The notes under the pieces are model-generated. The model saw only the letters and a list, made by a program, of their open reading frames with translations, made no database searches and was not told the origin of the DNA. A stretch of DNA of 63,897 nt, counting the filler, from Hyphochytrium catenoides (lineage: Eukaryota > Protista > Hyphochytriomycota), in NCBI GenBank assembly GCA_900088475.1. It is 13 parts of 13 records of this genome, joined end to end, with 100 filler letters (N's around TTAATTAATTAA, not from the genome) between each part and the next. Parts side by side here need not be neighbours in the genome. Positions count along the whole stretch, not along the records: positions 61,126 to 62,502 come from FLMG01003164.1; positions 62,603 to 63,897 come from FLMG01004476.1; 11 more parts are not named here. The stretch is one strand, 5' to 3'. Below, piece by piece: positions 61,333 to 63,897 of this stretch. The position numbers and the translations under genes were made by a program. Numbering within the stretch: the first letter of the stretch is position 1; every line of letters starts with the position of its first letter.

Positions 61333-62502
61333 ATGCCAGCAAATAGTGTGGCGAGGCGGGAGATGGAGAAGGTAGTCGCGCCTTTGATCACTACTGATAG
61401 GGTTCTTGTGCCGGAGGATATTGAGGGTATAAGGGTTCTGATTGACAATCATTATAGAGCCGGGAATATTCTCTTCAGCTGGACAAGGGCGCTCAGAAGC
61501 CTGTTGTCCGTCAAGCAGCCACCAGCTGTCATTGAAGCTGTATGTGATCTCCTCTCTCACGTCATGACTACAAGACTCTTCTCGTTCGAGAAAGCGACTA
61601 CCGTGGAGGTGGTGAAGATTGTACGTGGTCAGGTGTTGGTCAGGGCTCAAACAGTACTTGCAGGAGTACGGACCTTGCAGAAGATCGAGGCTACCCACGA
61701 TGCAGGGCTACGTACAGCACAAGAGGAAGCGAAACAAGGAATCGCCTCTCAGAGTGTTACTTTGATACGTGCTTGGACGACACAACCAACCTGCTGGTTA
61801 TCGCTTTTAAGGAAGCAGATATATCAAACTTGAACAGCCTGGTTAACCTCTACTCTCAAATTGTCAGAGAGCACATTCGTATGTCACCTATGTGCCCTGC
61901 TTTACGTACGTGGATTGCAGTGGATCGCACGCATTATTTGTTGTTGAGGTTGATTAAGGAGTCTGATAGGAGACGCTCTGAAGCCATCTTCAATGCATAC
62001 CTTCGGACCATTCTTGCAACACTGGAACTTTATGAACACAAGATCGACTACGAGGCCGAGAAGAGAGAGTATATGAATGGACGAAGAGGACCACTGAGCT
62101 GGGTACAGCATGCGATGGACTGGTGTAGCTACTGCTTTGGTAGAATCCAGATAGAGCACTACTTCATTTTGCTCAAAACTCTACTCACAAAGCTATGGTT
62201 GTCACCCACGTCAACGTCAATGACAACCTGTATCAGCACGGTATGGATCAACCAGGAGATGCTTAAATGGTCAGCTTTACTACGCAAACAAGAGGACTCG
62301 CATCCAAAGAAGACGGAGCTTGTCAGGTCTATCCTGAAGCTCTTGGTGTCCACGGCTGAGGCTGATAGTCCAGATATAGGAGATCCACTGCCACGACAGT
62401 TCCTGGTCAGGATCCTGGTAAAGTCCCCTCTTATGCACGCATTATGTTTACCAGCGGTAGAAGCGGAGCATCAAAAGGAGATGGAACTTCTCCGACAACG
62501 CT
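61333..62502 (+). CDS. Hypothetical alpha-helical protein in two overlapping frames (intron or frameshift near 61770), truncated
   Basis: ORFs 61333-61833 and 61773-62502 overlap and are both long and protein-like. No family recognised. Confidence 0.4.
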
Positions 62503-62602
62503 NNNNNNNNNNNNNNNNNNNNNNNNNNNNNNNNNNNNNNNNNNNNTTAATTAATTAANNNNNNNNNNNNNNNNNNNNNNNNNNNNNNNNNNNNNNNNNN
62601 NN

Positions 62603-63897
62603 AGCCATCGCTATGCAACTTGACCCTAAAGATCCATTGAGAGCCGATCAGATGAGCGCCGGGAGGTGGGGGGGGCACTAGATCGTAAACCTCATGGGAC
62701 TGCATTGATGTAAGCTCTGAGGTAATGGCGGCTGGCCATTCTGTGGCATGAGGTCCAGAGAGTGCCTCGCGGACTGTTTTCGGTTCAGAGACATGCAGAA
62801 GATTAGCCTGGCCTACTGGAAAAGAGAGAGAGTCTTCTTGTAGCAGTCTATCACGACTACGAGTGATAGGACTGAGTGGAGAAGTGATTGTGGTCGGAGA
62901 GGAGGGAGAAGAAGCTGCGGGATGATCCTCGTTTTCGTCAAGCTCGCTCGTCTCCATCCCATCAGCAACGTTGCTTTCTGGCTCCGGCCCCAGACAGTCA
63001 TTGGTGGGTTCCTCTGGACTTGCTTCGTCAGCAGAAGGTTCACTTTCTTTTTCTGCTTGTCGCGCTGCACTCGCTTCACCAGTTACTTGCGCTGCTTCAG
63101 CGGCAGTTGCTTCTTCGCTCCCTATGATGGGAAACAAAGAGACATAGTCATAACGTTGCTGGCTTTCTGCCTGTTTGAGTAGAAAGGCCCCAGAGCGAGA
63201 CTCGTCGATAGCCACATCACGCCGCACAGAGATTCTCTTGGTCAGAGGATCATACAGTCGATAGCCATGGGTGCCAGAGTCATACCCTACAATGATATAC
63301 CGAGAGCTCCGCGCATCAAGCTTTCGCAGCATCGTCAACGGCTTTAAAGCATACGCAAGTGAACCAAAGACGCGTAGATGACCAACATCAGGCGGCTTGC
63401 CATACCACTTTTCGTAGGGGGTAGAGCCATCGAGTGAAGCAGTAGGACAGCGATTAATCACATGAACTGCGGAGGCCAATGCATCTGCCCAGAAAAAACG
63501 AGGTAGGTCAGTAGCAATGAGAAGGCATCTCGTCGCCTGCATGACAGTTCTCATCCAGCGTTCACAACAGCCGTTGCTAGAGGGGGAATAAGCAGGTGTA
63601 GGAGAGTGCAGGATGCCGCGGCGAGAGCACACTTTGTGTGCAGCACTGCTAACGAACTCTCCTCCGCGATCGGAGCGTATCTTCTTCACGCGCTCACCCG
63701 CCTGGTTCTCCATGAAAGGAATGAGCTCCTCCAACTTAGCTTCTGCTTCTCCTTTGCTCCGAAGATATTGCACAAAGCACCTCCGAGAGTGATCATCCAC
63801 CACGCGCAGAAAATGTACATAGCCTTGATAGCTACGAGTATTGACATTGCCAACATCGGCGTGCAGAAGTTCCAGCAGTCTTGTTGTCTTACGGGGC
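62603..63897 (-). mobile_element. Ty1/copia LTR retrotransposon pol fragment (integrase core, linker, start of RT), uninterrupted
   Basis: LELLHADV, VDDHSR, KIRSDRGGEF, SNGCCER (D,D-35-E), FWADAL, TPYEKWYGKPP..HLRVFGS, KLDARS, GYRLYDP, EPKTVREAL. Integrase precedes RT, which is the copia order. Confidence 0.96.

Overview
Eukaryotic, intron-rich nuclear DNA read in the standard genetic code with GT-AG introns. It probably comes from a flagellated protist: a CFAP157-like gene and PT-type repeats hint at a stramenopile, but that is inference. The window is not one locus. Thirteen contigs are concatenated with artificial 100-nt linkers (44 N + TTAATTAATTAA + 44 N), and there is one true scaffold gap at 7254-7315, so gene adjacency only means something within a contig. 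Recognisable genes: NMD3, a mitochondrial CitE/malyl-CoA-thioesterase-like lyase, an intronless secreted AA5 copper radical oxidase, thioredoxin (WCPPC), a CocE/NonD hydrolase, CFAP157-like, a secreted N-terminal-His (LPMO-like) protein, enoyl-CoA hydratase 2, a GCKIII/STE20 kinase, sterol C5-desaturase, a multi-calponin-homology protein and a SUZ12 homologue. Mobile DNA: two different Ty1/copia elements (one split by a solo LTR with a 5-bp TSD), a 5'-truncated RLE-type non-LTR retrotransposon with a 13-bp TSD, a DDE-transposase fragment between long inverted repeats, and a THAP/Tudor/Zn-finger/AT-hook ORF that looks transposase-derived. The strongest candidate for new biology is the unclassified histidine-brace (LPMO-like) protein at 34558-35496. 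All family assignments come from motif recognition by eye; no searches were run.
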